Assembly (NCBI GenBank): GCA_951406725.2
Contig: OX597827.1
Span: 4,402,001 to 4,466,000 of the forward strand
Direction: 5' to 3'
Source of the DNA: Octopus vulgaris
Lineage: Eukaryota
DNA length: 64,000 nucleotides
Shown here: in pieces, positions 25,069 to 37,948 of the stretch
Layout of the letters: every line of letters begins with the position of its first letter
Numbering within the stretch: the stretch's first letter is position 1
Program-made: the position numbers and the translations under genes
The notes under the pieces: model-generated
Told to the model about the DNA's origin: nothing
What the model saw: only the letters and a program-made list of their open reading frames with translations
The model's database searches: none

Positions 25069-25699
25069 AAAATTAACTATAATATCTACACCCTAAAGTT
25101 AACTATATCTATACCCAAAGTTAACTATAATATCTACACCCTAAAGTTAACTATATCTATACCCAAAGTTAACTATAATATCTACACCCTAAAGTTAACT
25201 ATATCTATACCCAAAGTTAACTATAATATCTACACCCTAAAGTTAACTATATCTATACCCAAAGTTAACTATAATATCTACACCCTAAAGTTAACTATAA
25301 CATCTACACCCTAAAGTTAACTATATCTATACCCAAAGTTAACTATAATATCTACACCCTAAAATTAACTATATCTATACCCAAAGTTAACTATAATATC
25401 TACACCCTAAAGTTAACTATATCTATACCCAAAGTTAACTATAATATCTACACCCTAAAGTTAACTATATCTATACCCAAAGTTAACTATAATATCTACA
25501 CCCTAAAGTTAACTATATCTATACCCAAAGTTAACTATAATATCTACACCCTAAAGTTAACTATATCTATACCCAAAGTTAACTATAATATCTACACCCT
25601 AAAGTTAACTATAACATCTACACCCTAAAGTTAACTATATCTATACCCAAAGTTAACTATAACATCTATACCCAAAGTTAACTATAATATCTATACCCC
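25069..25699. repeat. 48-bp minisatellite (26+22-bp dimer), ~13 units
   Basis: AAAGTTAACTATAATATCTACACCCT alternating with AAAGTTAACTATATCTATACCC. Confidence 0.97.
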
Positions 25700-25897
25700 A
25701 AAAATATTTTCTTTTTCATTTAATTTTTATTTACAAAAGTATGCAGATCCACTGTAAGAGGTATAATATTTCTATGGTTGTTAAAAATGTGTGCAAATAC
25801 ATTCATTGTCTGGAATATTGGAAAACTGAAATAGAATCAAATATCAAAAAGAATCAAAAATATATTAATTGATGACTCAAACTAATTTTTCAGTTGC

Positions 25898-25933
<36 letters not shown>

Positions 25934-26243
25934 GTGCTAGAGTCATTGTAGCCATTGCAAAATATGTCATCATCGTTTAGCATTTGTATTCCATGCTGGC
26001 ATGGGTTGGACCGTCCAATAGGATCCACCTAGCCTGAGAGTTGTATTGCTTTATAGTGTCTGCTTTGGCAAGGTTTCTACAGCTGGCTGCTCTTCCTTAC
26101 TCCAGCCACTTTACAGAGTGTATTGAGTATTTCATTTTTTCCCAAAGTGCCAGCACAAGTAACTTGCAAGACAAGAGTCCTTCTCTCAGTGGTGGTGCAA
26201 TATTGAGAGAGGTGGCATTGTGCCAGGTAAAGAAAGGCTAAAA

Positions 26244-26728
26244 GGCGGTGAGCTGGCAGAAACGTTAGCACGCCGGGTGAAATGCTTAGCAGTATTTCGT
26301 CTGCTGCTACGTTCTGAGTTCAAATTCTGCCGAGGTCAACTTTGCCTTTCATCCTTTCAGGGTCGATAAATTAAGTACAAGTTACACACTGGGGTCGATG
26401 TAATCGACTTAATACCTATGTCTGTCCTTGTTTGTCCCCTCTGTGTTTAGCCCCTTGTGGGTAATAAAGAAATAGGTATTTCGTCTGCTGAAGGTGGTGA
26501 GCTGGCAGAAACGTTAGCACGCCGGGTGAAATGCTTAGCGGTATTTCATCTGCTGCTATGTTCTGAGTTCAAATTCTGCCGAGGTCAACTTTGCCTTTCA
26601 TCCTTTCGGAGTCGATTAAATAAGTACCAGTTATGCACTGGGGTCGATATAATTGACTTAATCCATTTGTCTGTCCTTATTTGTCCTCTCTGTGTAAACA
26701 CAGAGAGGACAAACAAGGAAATAGGTAT
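26244..26728 (+). mobile_element. Tandem dimer of family-B SINE with 13-bp TSD
   Basis: Copies start at 26244 and ~26492; TSD AGAAAGGCTAAAA at 26231-26243 and 26729-26741. Confidence 0.9.
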
Positions 26729-27269
26729 AGAAAGGCTAAAATAGTAGGAAAAAAGAGACAGGAACATGGTGTCATGTTATAGAGGATAAAGAAAATACAT
26801 GGGTACAGCAGGAAAGGGAGAAAAGTTGGTGGAGACAAGGTATGAAAACGTACCCTCGTGGCCCAAGAAGGTAGATTGGGGCAAAGAATTGAGGATAGCT
26901 ACGTGAGTAGGGGATGAGGTGAGGTATGGGGAGAGACAAAAGATGCAGTGGTAGAGACAAAAGTCAGGAGTACATTGGAGTAAATACAGTAAGTTCCAAA
27001 AAGAGGTGTCAGTGGCAGAGATGAGTGGCATTTCATGGGAAATGGACTTCAGTGGACATATATTGTGGTAAGGATGCTGAGAGTGTAGGGCTGGTGTGCA
27101 AGGGAAGATTCCTTTATATCTTTTAGATGGAGAACAAAAGACTTTAGTAAATAGATAACATAGAAATATTATTAAAAAATATAAATGAAAATTATTATAA
27201 AATCTAACAGTATGTGTGAGTGCATAATAGTTACAATGATTCTATAATAGTTCTCTCTAATTTTAACAC

Positions 27270-27470
27270 ATGGCATGCAATTTTGGGGGAGGGGGAATCA
27301 ATTGCATTGATCCCAGCATTTGACTGACACTTATTTTATCAACTCCAAAAAGATGAAGGCAAAGTTGATCTCAGCAGAATTTGAACTTAGAGCATAAATG
27401 AGGAACCAGAAGAAATCATGCTAAGCATCTTGTCCTGACCCATTAGTGATTCTGCTTGTTCACCAACTTC
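27270..27470 (-). mobile_element. Degraded family-B SINE
   Basis: AAAAGATGAAGGCAAAGTTGATCTCAGCAGAATTTGAACT is the reverse complement of the family-B core. Confidence 0.7.
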
Positions 27471-27550
27471 ACAATAACTCCTTAATAATACAATTGTTTT
27501 AATTCCAACACACGATTTAAAATCAAATCCATTACTAAACAACTGTAATA

Positions 27551-27714
27551 GGCGCAGGAGTGGCTGTGTGGTAAGTAGCTTGCTAACCAACCACATGGTT
27601 CCGGGTTCAGTCCCACTGTGTGGCATCTTGGGCAAGTGTCTTCTGCTATAGCCCCGGGCCGAACCAATGCCTTGTGAGTGGATTTGGTAGACGGAAACTG
27701 AAAGAAGCCTGTCG

Positions 27715-27747
<33 letters not shown>

Positions 27748-27965
27748 TTGTGTGTCTGTGTTTGTCCCCCTAGCATTGGTTGACAACCGATGCTGGTGTG
27801 TTAACGTCCCCGTCACTTAGTGGTTCGGCAAAAGAGACCGATAGAATAAGTACTGGGCTTCCAAAGAATAAGTCCCGGGGTCGATTTGCTCGACTAAAGG
27901 CGGTGCTCCAGCATGGCCACTGTCAAATGACTGAAACAAGTAAAAGAGTAAAGAGTAAAGAGTAA
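27551..27965 (+). mobile_element. Young full-length family-A SINE
   Basis: Nearly identical to the 4794 copy; (AAGAGTA) tail. Confidence 0.92.
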
Positions 27966-28556
27966 CTCAAGAATTATTTCATTTCTTTCATTTCTTTTTT
28001 TTTTTAATACAACAAGTATCAGAGACGATCCAGACATGCCTCACCCTAATTCTCAGTGGTAGCATAAACCTTAGTATAAATTACCGAGATTTTAGTAAAC
28101 AGATCACTCAGCAAATATACTGACATGTATATTTGTTGGCATAGAGATGGAGATTTGCTTAAAGATTAAGCAATTCCGAGACGACATCTGCATGATAAAT
28201 AATAGTTAAATGGCTTTGATCATATTTAATGCTTGGGAGGGACATGGTGGGCTCTCATCTGCAATTTCATACCAGCCTCGTGATTATAAAAATAATATGG
28301 ACTGCTAATCAGGTATTACACAGGATTCATAATATATTTTTAGATGTAGCTACTTCACCAAATTCCTCTCAAAAGCTATTGAACATTTAACAGCATTAAT
28401 CCTCCGACATGGATTGAATGTTGCTTAAAATAAACATTGAATCTCATTTGTGAATGTTCAACTGTTTGGAGCGCATGCATAAAAAGTGTGATGCTGCATG
28501 GTAATGAGATATAGATAGCAAATGCAGAAGATCTATCGAGACAAAAGAGAGAAGAT

Positions 28557-29445
28557 AGCGTGGTGGCAGTGATGGTAGCAGTGGCGGCAATAGTAGCGAC
28601 GGTAGTGATGGTGACGATGGTGGTGGTGGTGGTGGTGGTGGTGGTGGTGGTGGTGGTGGTGGTGGTGGTGGTGGTGGTGGTGGTGGTGGTGGTGGTGGTG
28701 GTGGTGGTGGTGGTGGTGGTGGTGGTAGTTGTGGTGGTGGTGGTGGTGGTGGTGGTGGTGGTGGTGGTGGTGGTGGTGGTGGTGGTGGTGGTGGTGGTGG
28801 TGGTGGTTGTGGTGGTGGTGGTGGTGGTGGTGGTGGTGGTGGTGGTGGTGGTGGTGGTGGTGGTGGTAGTGATGGTGGTGGTTGTGGTGGTGGTGGTTGT
28901 GGTAGTTGTGGTGGTGGTTGTGGTGGTGGTGGTGGTGGTGGTGGTGGTGGTGGTGGTGGTGGTGGTGGTGGTGGTGGTGGTAGTGGTGGTGGTGGTGGTG
29001 GTTGTGGTGGTGGTGGTGGTGGTTGTGGTGGTGGTAGGTGGTGGTGGTGGTTGTGGTAGTTGTGGTGGTGGTTGTGGTGGTGGTTGTGGTGGTGGTTGTG
29101 GTGGTGGTAGGTGGTGGTTGGTGGTGGTGGTGGTGGTGGTGGTGGTGGTTGCGGTGGTGGTGCTGGTGGTGCTGGTGGTGCTGGTGGTGCTGGTGCTGGT
29201 GCTGGTGTGGTGGTAGTGGTGGTGGTAGTGGTGGTGGTGATGATGATGGTGATGGTGATGATGATGATGAGGAGGAGGAGGAGGAGGGAGAGGAAGAGGA
29301 GGCGGAGGAGGGAGAGGAAGAGGAGGCGGAGGAGGGAGAGGAAGAGGAGGCGGAGGGTAATGGTATTTTGGCAGTGGTGGAGGAGGAGGAGGTTGAGGAA
29401 GAGGGTAATGGTATTTTGGCAGTGGGTGATAGTGACGACGATGGT
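28557..29445. repeat. Long (GGT)n array with (GCT)/(GAT)/(GAG) flanks and 24-bp sub-repeats
   Basis: Directly visible; the ORFs over it are low-complexity artefacts. Confidence 0.95.
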
Positions 29446-30959
29446 GCATATTAATGCTGCCTTAATGTTGGATAAGCTCCTTGCAATGTTAACGACCCTA
29501 GTCCTTGTCTGTAGCAGTAAAACACACAATCAGAACACACACACACACACCTCAAAGGAATAAACACACAACACACTATTTAATCTGCATTTGCCCAGTA
29601 TACAGCTCTATTCTATTATGTGTCTGTTAATGTGAACAATATTTAGCCTTGTTGAGAAGGTTGCTTTGAGTTGAAACCCAAATTCCCAAATTGATACAAA
29701 ACGGGTGATCGACAACAGGATCGTCACAATTTCGGTTCTCTTTACCTTCACATCACCACCTGAATAATTGAGTCACATGCTCTTTCTCAAAGCAATCCAT
29801 GTATCAAGATTAAGTATATTTCTGTAAGAAGTAAGAAGTTTACTTCCCAACCATGTGGTCTCAGGTTCAGTCCCACAGCATAGTATCTTGGACAAATGTC
29901 CCCTACAAGAGCCCTGGGCTTAACAAAGCCCTGTGAGTGGATTTGATCTAGAACTAATCCTTCTGGGTCTCCATCACTGCTCACATTTTCTCTTTCGGTT
30001 ACTAATCTTAATCAGTTTAAACTGATCATTAGCTTCAGTAATTTCTCTCATCCACTTCTCTTCTTCTTTGCACAGTCCATCTTCTTCTGACTGATGACTA
30101 GAAAAATAGTTCTTAATCAGGTTTTAATAAATATCTCCATCTAATGAATATATTTCAAATCATTAAAAAATAATGAGATCATTAATCTTTTATATTTTCA
30201 TTGAGATTCACATTCTTTTGTTTAAATTTTATTTTATTTTATATTTTATTTTACATTTGTCTTATCAAATCAAAACCATCTTCTGTTTTTAGACTTTATT
30301 TTTAGTTTCCCCCACGCCTCTACCAAAATAGAAAGAATTATATTATCTTGCGATAACTTAAATTTTGTTTTCTCAATCAACTTTCCACCTACACCAACTC
30401 TTGTAGTTTCAAATTTTAAGATGTATCTTTATTTGGTAAGTTCTCAGTGGAGTGCTGGAAAGAACTTTTTTCCATATTCCATGTACGATATTTTTACTAA
30501 CCATAAGCAAATTGGAATTTAGTACTGAATCTGCTCACAACATAATGATTCACAATTTTCCAAATGAAGGCAAGGAATTTATTTTCTATTCCCAAAGCAA
30601 CCATCTATCAGTGATATATGGCTGCTTCTTTATCTGGAGATATTTCTAACTAAAACTAACACATTTTCAATCATTTCAACACAACCAATTTGGTAGGATT
30701 GTTAGAGTGATTGAGGATAGACTGCCTCATGTTATTTGTTCTGATCCTATGTGCTCAGAGTTCAAATTGCACCATGGTCAAATCCGTCTTTCATTCTTTC
30801 CAAGCCAACAAAAGGTAGTAATTTAGAATAGTGGATTAACAGAACTTGACTGGATGTCTTGTGGTCTTTGTTCTAATCCTTCATATTCTGAGTTCAAATC
30901 CCACTGTGGTTTGCTTGGGTGGTAGACTTAAACTTTGTCTAGTTTTACACTACCTCCTA

Positions 30960-32020
30960 ACACCTTAAATGATATCAATGGAGTCCATTCTGTTGCAAGA
31001 AATCAGACCAGGTCTCTGGTTTGAAGATAATTTCTTTCCTTCCTCAACTATAGATCTTTCCACCAATTTGACCATGACACATTGGTGCAATAATTTGCTG
31101 ACTGATAACTCATGCTGGCTGTAAACAAGTGCACCTCTAGATATTTGAGGAGGAAAACCCCAGAATTTACCAACTTCCTTCACACTACACCTATAAGAAG
31201 AATGCTAGTGAATGTGACCTAGGGATTATTGCTAACAATAATCTGTATCAGATGAATCACATTTCTAAAATAATCAAAAAGTTTGAAGATGTCTATATAT
31301 CATTCAGTAAGGTGCATGTCATGCTCAGCAATTATCTATTAAAAGCTATATATGGCTATGGTATATCCACACTGACAGCTTGCATCTCCACTCTGGAATG
31401 CCTTTCTTGTCCAGAATATTGATGTACTTGAAGCTGTCCAGAAACATGCAACTAGCTGAATATTCTTCAAAAGTCACCTGCCATATCTTGAACCATGTCT
31501 CTAGGTATCAACACATTAAAGCTTTAATGTATAATAGCTACTTGGGAGAAACCCACATGGTTATCTGCCATCTTTAAAACAGCAGCTTAAACCACCTTTC
31601 GAATCCAATATCTCTACCACCTATAGAAATGCTCATAAAAAAAAATTTTTAGAAAATGCAGAAAGAAAGGAAGAAAAGGTGCAGCACTTAGTATTTTTGG
31701 AAACATCTTCTCTTCCTCAGAATTGTTGAAGCATGGAATAAACTACTTGCATCAGTTGTTAGTTCTCAAGACAATGTATCCTTAAAAAGTTTGATGCATC
31801 CCAAAATTAGCTAATCCTATTCCTGATCTATGCACTTATTCCACTTTATGGCTCTTTTAACATTCACTTTCTGTCTTGTGTTCTATGCTGTGTACTTGTA
31901 TGTACTTGTATGTACTTTTGCCTATCCTTTCTCTTTCTTCGTTTGACCATTGTTACTTTGTGTCCCATTTTTTTTAGCTTTCCAATAAGTTGTGGTAGAC
32001 CTAAGCACTACATACAATAA
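30960..32020 (+). mobile_element. Decayed CR1-like LINE 3' portion
   Basis: AGAATTGTTGAAGCATGGAATAAACT..GCATCAGTTGTT and 3' end AGTTGTGGTAGACCTAAGCACTACATACAAT match the 53606 copy. Confidence 0.7.
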
Positions 32021-33069
32021 GCTCTGCAACTGTCTTTTTAACTTCTTCATTTCTCATCGCATAACAATTATTACCACAGAGTATTGCACTTTCTAATACT
32101 GGTATCCTTGAGAAGTAAGTTTAATATGAAGACTGATATTATCTATCGCTATCGACATCAGTGGAGTAAATATGCCTTCTAGTCATATTGAACTGTTGTT
32201 TAAATATTGGTGGCTTCACTAACAATATTAATCCTATCGGAAAATTAGCACATTATATGCAAATTTTAAATGATTCTAATATTGCAACGTACACTCACAT
32301 CCACACAGAAACATACACACATATACACAATGCAAACACACACGCACACACACACATGCACACATACAATGCACACACACACACACATGCACATACACAG
32401 ACAAGACACACTCACCACATCAATAGTAGTTCCTCCCTGAACACATCCTATTAACCAATCAAAAACTCTCTTTTATACTTTATAATTTTTTTTCCAAAAT
32501 GACTCAGGTTTTCAGCTACACCAATATAAAAATGTTGGTGCTACTTTCTCCTTTCTTGCATACTTGTGCTTCTCTGTATAAATGCATAACATACATACAC
32601 ACACACACACACACATATGCACAGTACATATATAACCACACACATAAGGCAACTAGAGACCCTCTAGATTGTCATTTGATCTACTACAAATAGCTGTAAA
32701 CACATCTTACTATAACAATAATGAAAAGATACAATTATCCAATCTCTGCACAGCTTGAGGGATTAGGTCCAGTTATGGAACCTTTCAGAGTTTTACCTTT
32801 CATTCATGGTACTGGCACATGTCACAAGCCTATGACTCTGTACACAATCCACTAGATTATGGTTAGTGCCAAAAGTAAAAAGGTTAAATGTGCAATGCCA
32901 AAAAAAAAAAAAAAAGTGTACCAAGATTTAATTTATAACCTACAGTTGCTTGCCCAATCATCTTCAGACACAAATATAAAAGATGAAATGAAAATATGTT
33001 TTTCTCAGAATCAGTATTTGAGGAGTTTTCAGTATAAATTTACTTAGTACTGATATTATGATTACTATC

Positions 33070-33175
33070 CAACGAGGAAGCCTCCATGTAATCACTTAAA
33101 TTTCAAGAAATAGAGACCAAATTTCTCTCAAATCACACTTTAATATCTTAAAAAGGAATACATTGGAGAAAGTGG
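33070..33175 (+). mobile_element. Old dispersed repeat (SINE-like tail)
   Basis: AGAAATAG..CCAAAT.TCTCTCAAATCACAC motif recurs near 4650, 15900(-), 20930(-), 24690 and 63850(-). Confidence 0.55.
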
Positions 33176-33513
33176 TTCTCTACAGTGGTGTCTAAAGGTA
33201 TAGGCACACTGGGCAATTACCAGGGTCACCATGGGTTTAAAGACCCAGTTCTAATCTATGAGTGCTGTGGTTGTGTATTTAGGGCTTCCACTGCTCTGCT
33301 TTCTCCAGGGGACTATAAAGCTGTTAACATATCCCTATTTGTGCAGACATTATACATAATAATATGGACAGATTGACCAAATCTGGGACATCTTTGATAA
33401 TAGATTTGATTGCCCAGAGTTTCACTGTGGTAGAACAACAGTAACATTGATTCTACAAGTTAAAAAATTAGGTAAAATTGCATCACATAAAATCTAATAG
33501 AAACAATGATTAA

Positions 33514-33733
33514 CCCTTTTGTTACTAACCTGGCTAAAACCGCCTCTGGCTCTGTGGTAAAATGTCTTGTTTTCATAAGTTTTGAATTAAAATATTCCAC
33601 CGAACCTGAGTCACAATTTACATTCCTAACACTAGGTTAACGATAACTAAGTTATTTTACTAAATTCTTTGTTATATTTAAAATAATTGAAAGAAACACA
33701 GAGCATATCAAAATAAATACAGTAACGAAAGGG
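33514..33733. mobile_element. piggyBac-like MITE, family 2
   Basis: TTAA|CCCTTTTGTTACT ... AGTAACGAAAGGG|TTAA: 13-bp TIR with 1 mismatch, TTAA on both sides. Confidence 0.88.
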
Positions 33734-34829
33734 TTAATATTTTTTTTATGGTGAATCAAAACCAAACAAAATGGCAAGCTGACTAGGATGTATGAGCAAG
33801 TTACTCAGAACTCATCGTTTGAAGTGAGAAAAACTAACTTAGAAACTAGTTGCAAACATGATAATGGAGGAAAGAGTAAGAATACAAATAGACAACAAAA
33901 TCAATAATCTCATGACCAAATGAAAAACATAACTGAAAAATATTTTTTATTAACATTTTTATCATTTTAAAAAATGTTCAAAGCTTTACTGAATGAAAAT
34001 TTAGATAATAAGGTAAATATTAATGCATTTTGTTATGGTCAGAGAGCAGATAAAACACTGTAGAGTGGCACTCCTCTGCAAAAAGAATAATGCCAATCAA
34101 TCAAGTGCAGTGGAGTATAAGAGATTCAGTGCTCTGGAGCAGCTGAAAATGCTGCGATTTGATTGGTCAGTTTGCTAAGTCTTTTAGTATCTTCTAGAAC
34201 GAGCTAAGGATATTTGCTACTTGTTTAAATATGCTGTAATATCACTGGGAATGAAACTGCTGAACTTCTGAACTTTTAGAGGCAGAGTAAACTGTAGCAG
34301 ACTTATAGCCTTGTTGTAGTCCAGTATTAGAGAGAATACTGAAAATAAGACACAGTATACAATAATTTCATTATTATTTTATAAAAATACTGAGAGGCTA
34401 TACTAGAATGTGCTGAGAGACCAGTAATCGTTACAAGATGAAATTTCCACAGTCCAACATCTATATTCTTTTATTTTATCACTGGTTTAAGTCATTGGAC
34501 TGCAGCTATGCTTTTAAGGATTTTAACCAATTACACCATTCCCTGTAGTGTGTCAGATACTTATTCTATTGATCTCATATGAGATCAATAAAATAAGTAC
34601 TAGACACTCTACAGGAAATGATATAATTGGCTAATAAAATACTATTTTTATGTTAAGTTTTTTCATGTAGGCATGAAATTATTGATTTCTTATTTATCTA
34701 TATATTGATCAAGGTGAGATCAATAAAATGATGTAGAGTCAACTGGTCATAAAGAGAGGAAGCTGAAATATACTAAAATAACCCCCAAGGTATTTTTAAC
34801 TCAGTAGTTTGATAAATACACATTATGGG

Positions 34830-34985
34830 CTTCTGTACAGTTTCCATCTACAAAAATTTCACTACCTAGGCTTAGGTCAATCTGAGATTTTAGAAGACAC
34901 TTGCTTGAGGCACCAAGCACTGGGATCAAATATAATCCATCAGAACCACATAGTAGCAAAGCAAACTTCTCAATCACACAGTCAT
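34830..34985 (-). mobile_element. Degraded family-A SINE head
   Basis: CAGTTTCCATCTAC..AGAAGACACTTGC..CAGAACCACAT. Confidence 0.65.
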
Positions 34986-36162
34986 ACAATCCAACACTTT
35001 AAAACTTCTAACTTGTAGCATTAGTCAAAGCATGTTAACCATTTGAGATTCTCTTACAGTTATTGTTGTTATTCCTTTTCTTTTTTTTTCTTCATAAATA
35101 ATGCTGACAACCAATACATATTCTAAGATATCTCACTAAACTTAATTTCTTTCCTACTTTCTCTGCAACCTTCTAATACTTCTTCAATGCAACTCATGAA
35201 TCAAGACAAACGTCCAAAGATTTTTCATGGATTTCAATTTCTAGCTACACTTCTAAAATTTTAACCTTTCATTCAAGAATCTATTTTAACTGTTAATATA
35301 CTATCAGGGTCAAATTTCGTTTCTCCCCACTGCATATACAAACTTATACAAGCTCATGACATTCATGATCTTGTATTTCTAGTTTTGATTTGAAATGAAA
35401 TCATGCAAGATATTTTGACAATCAAATATTTTGAGTTCAGCATTTAACTAAATAATTATGTTACAACCTAATTTTGTTTACTTATTTGGAAACAAATTAT
35501 AAAGTGAAATGTTAAACCAACTAGACAAAAAGTCTGAAAAAATTTTGAAAGTCAATTTTATGCCAAATCAATAAAGTTTTTTTTTTTATCATTTCTACAT
35601 ATAATTGATAAATTAGATTATATTGATTTAATAAAATAGATTTATGAAATTAATAATATAGGTTTGAACATGATCAATGAGCACTGACATTATTTTAAAT
35701 GAAAAAAAGTATTGGGTACATTTTGGGAGAACTACAAGCTTATACAAAAGTCATTATTTGCTTCTATTATCCAAGAGTTAATGAAGAATATTTATAAAAG
35801 TACCCTTCTAGTCAACAAGCATACTATTATGGAACTGATCAAGTTCAAACAAAGTCAAAAGAGAAGTTAAGTTAAAAGTTTTCACTAATCAAAGTTAATT
35901 TTCAGAGATTCCTAAAATAGCATGGAGCATATAGATATTTAAGCTTGAAAATATTTGTCCAAAATCATACAAACTGTAACAGTAAATAATATCAATATTT
36001 TTTTTTGAATAATTGTAATAATTTTACTATGAATGCTCCTTGTTTGCCTTAATAGTTTCATTTGCAATATTTGTTTTAAAAATACAATTACAAAGCACAA
36101 ATAGCATATTTTTCACTTTTCATTTTTTTCTGCCCATTTTGGTCAAATTTATAGAGCATCCA

Positions 36163-36356
36163 CCATATTTGATAGCATATATAAGATGCACTCCTTTCAA
36201 AAAGAAAGTCTCAAAAATTTTTCCCAGGTCCTATATGTACAAGAATGTTTAAATTTTACATGGTTGAATACACTACGAACATGTTTTCTTTAATATGCAC
36301 CACTGAAGTTGGGTACATTTAATATAGCCATGTGTCTTTTATGCCATCAAATATGG
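36163..36356. mobile_element. pogo/Tc2-like MITE
   Basis: Imperfect TIRs CCATATTTGATAGCATATA..AGATGCA / TGTGTCTTTTATGCCATCAAATATGG. Confidence 0.65.
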
Positions 36357-37948
36357 CAAATACTTTTATACTTTTAAAACACCTAATACATATTCGAGTT
36401 CATACAAAAAAGAAAACTTAGGTAAATCAAAAATATCCACATTGTTTCGTAGGAAAACAAGAAATGAATTCTTGAAAATGTCTTATCGTATAATGAAGAA
36501 AAATCTTATGAATTGTATTCTTATGGTATTACTTGCCAATTTCTTTTTAAATTCCCAGTTTTAGACAAAATTGAATGAAGTAATGATCTAAGCATTTTCA
36601 TTTTAAATAGTCGACTGGATTGCACTCCTTCACTCACTGGGGTGTTAGGCTGTACTGAAAACTACAGTCTCCTTGTTTACAGTGAAGTTAGTTGACCCAC
36701 TCAGAATTAAATATATTGCTAGGAACAGAATATAGCTCAGGTAATAGAATACAGACTATATGGCTTAGAGTGAGCTCTTCATCACTCCATAGTCTCAGTT
36801 AGTTACAACTGTTATAATTATTGACTGATATGAGAATAAAACTGAATACCTGATATTACTTGCAATGTGTTCAAAAAAAAAAGTGTGATATTTTTTATCA
36901 GAGAGATCTAGTAAACTGAATGAATACAAGCAAATCTCAAGTTCAAATTATTTATGACCATTAATAGGAGACTATGGCTTTTTTCTTATTTCCATGATAT
37001 ATATTTTGAGGAATTTGAATCTTTGGAAGTCCTTTTTGTAACCAGTGATATCTTTATAAAAACATATGTATTTTGCAGGATATTGCTGAAAAGCTAGGGA
37101 CAAGAAATCAATGATAAACTCCTCTGGACACCCCCAACATGGATATGCTTGGGTTGGCTAGCCAACAAGATTCTTCATTATGGGATGTTGTGTTGTTGAT
37201 CCTCCAAATGCTTTGGGGGATCTTGATATATGGCATGATCAATCCAAACAAGTTCAACCAGTCTATATGATAGTACAGTAGGATATAACATAGTGACATA
37301 TCACGACATTTGTAATATAGTGAGTAAAAATTTCAATTAACTGAATTATTCACGCAGTCAGTGGACAAAACCTACCCCCAAGATATTTTGAATCCCAAAA
37401 CAGCAAGGAAGATTTTTCTGATAGGAGTGGATCTTGTCATTAAAACCAACTGGTGAAAGCAACAGGTGTGTTTCCGTCTTATAAAAACCAGTTCTTATTA
37501 CAGTTCTAATTAGAACTGTAATGCATACTCAGTTGGCATAATTTACAAATAATCAATACATAGGCATAATTAGAAGCAATGTAATGATGCTGGTTATGAA
37601 TATCAAAACATGGCTGATAAAAAAAATAACCCAGGTGTGTGTTCTGTATACTAAATACACATATGGTCATATATGCAGTATAAAAAAACTGAAAAACTCA
37701 GGGTGTTATTTTATAATACTTGTATTTTTCTGCTGACAAAGAGTCATAGATAAAAGTAAATCTAAGTTTAATAAGATTCAACTATTTTTCTTTTTGGAAT
37801 TTTTTTTTGCCAAGAAAATTTAACTTCAATTTTTACTTCAAATATTAGATGTTTATTATGAATAAAAATAAAGATGCTTAAATATCAACAAAAACAGTTT
37901 TATATAGCAACGAAACATAAAGAAATTCCATAAACTTTAATGACTCAC

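Noticed and set aside
25069-25699. CRISPR array or repeat protein (KVNYNIYTLKLTISIP)n
   Set aside because: No unique spacers, no cas genes, eukaryotic context; the ORF is a by-product of the 48-bp period.
28460-28560. Protocadherin downstream exon at the acceptor TCTTTTGTCTCGATAG
   Set aside because: The phase-0 product (IFCICYLY..) does not resemble a protocadherin tail; unsupported.
28376-29563. Mucin/extensin-like ORFs of 138-361 aa
   Set aside because: Open in several frames only because (GGT)n lacks stops; no convincing splice or signal context.
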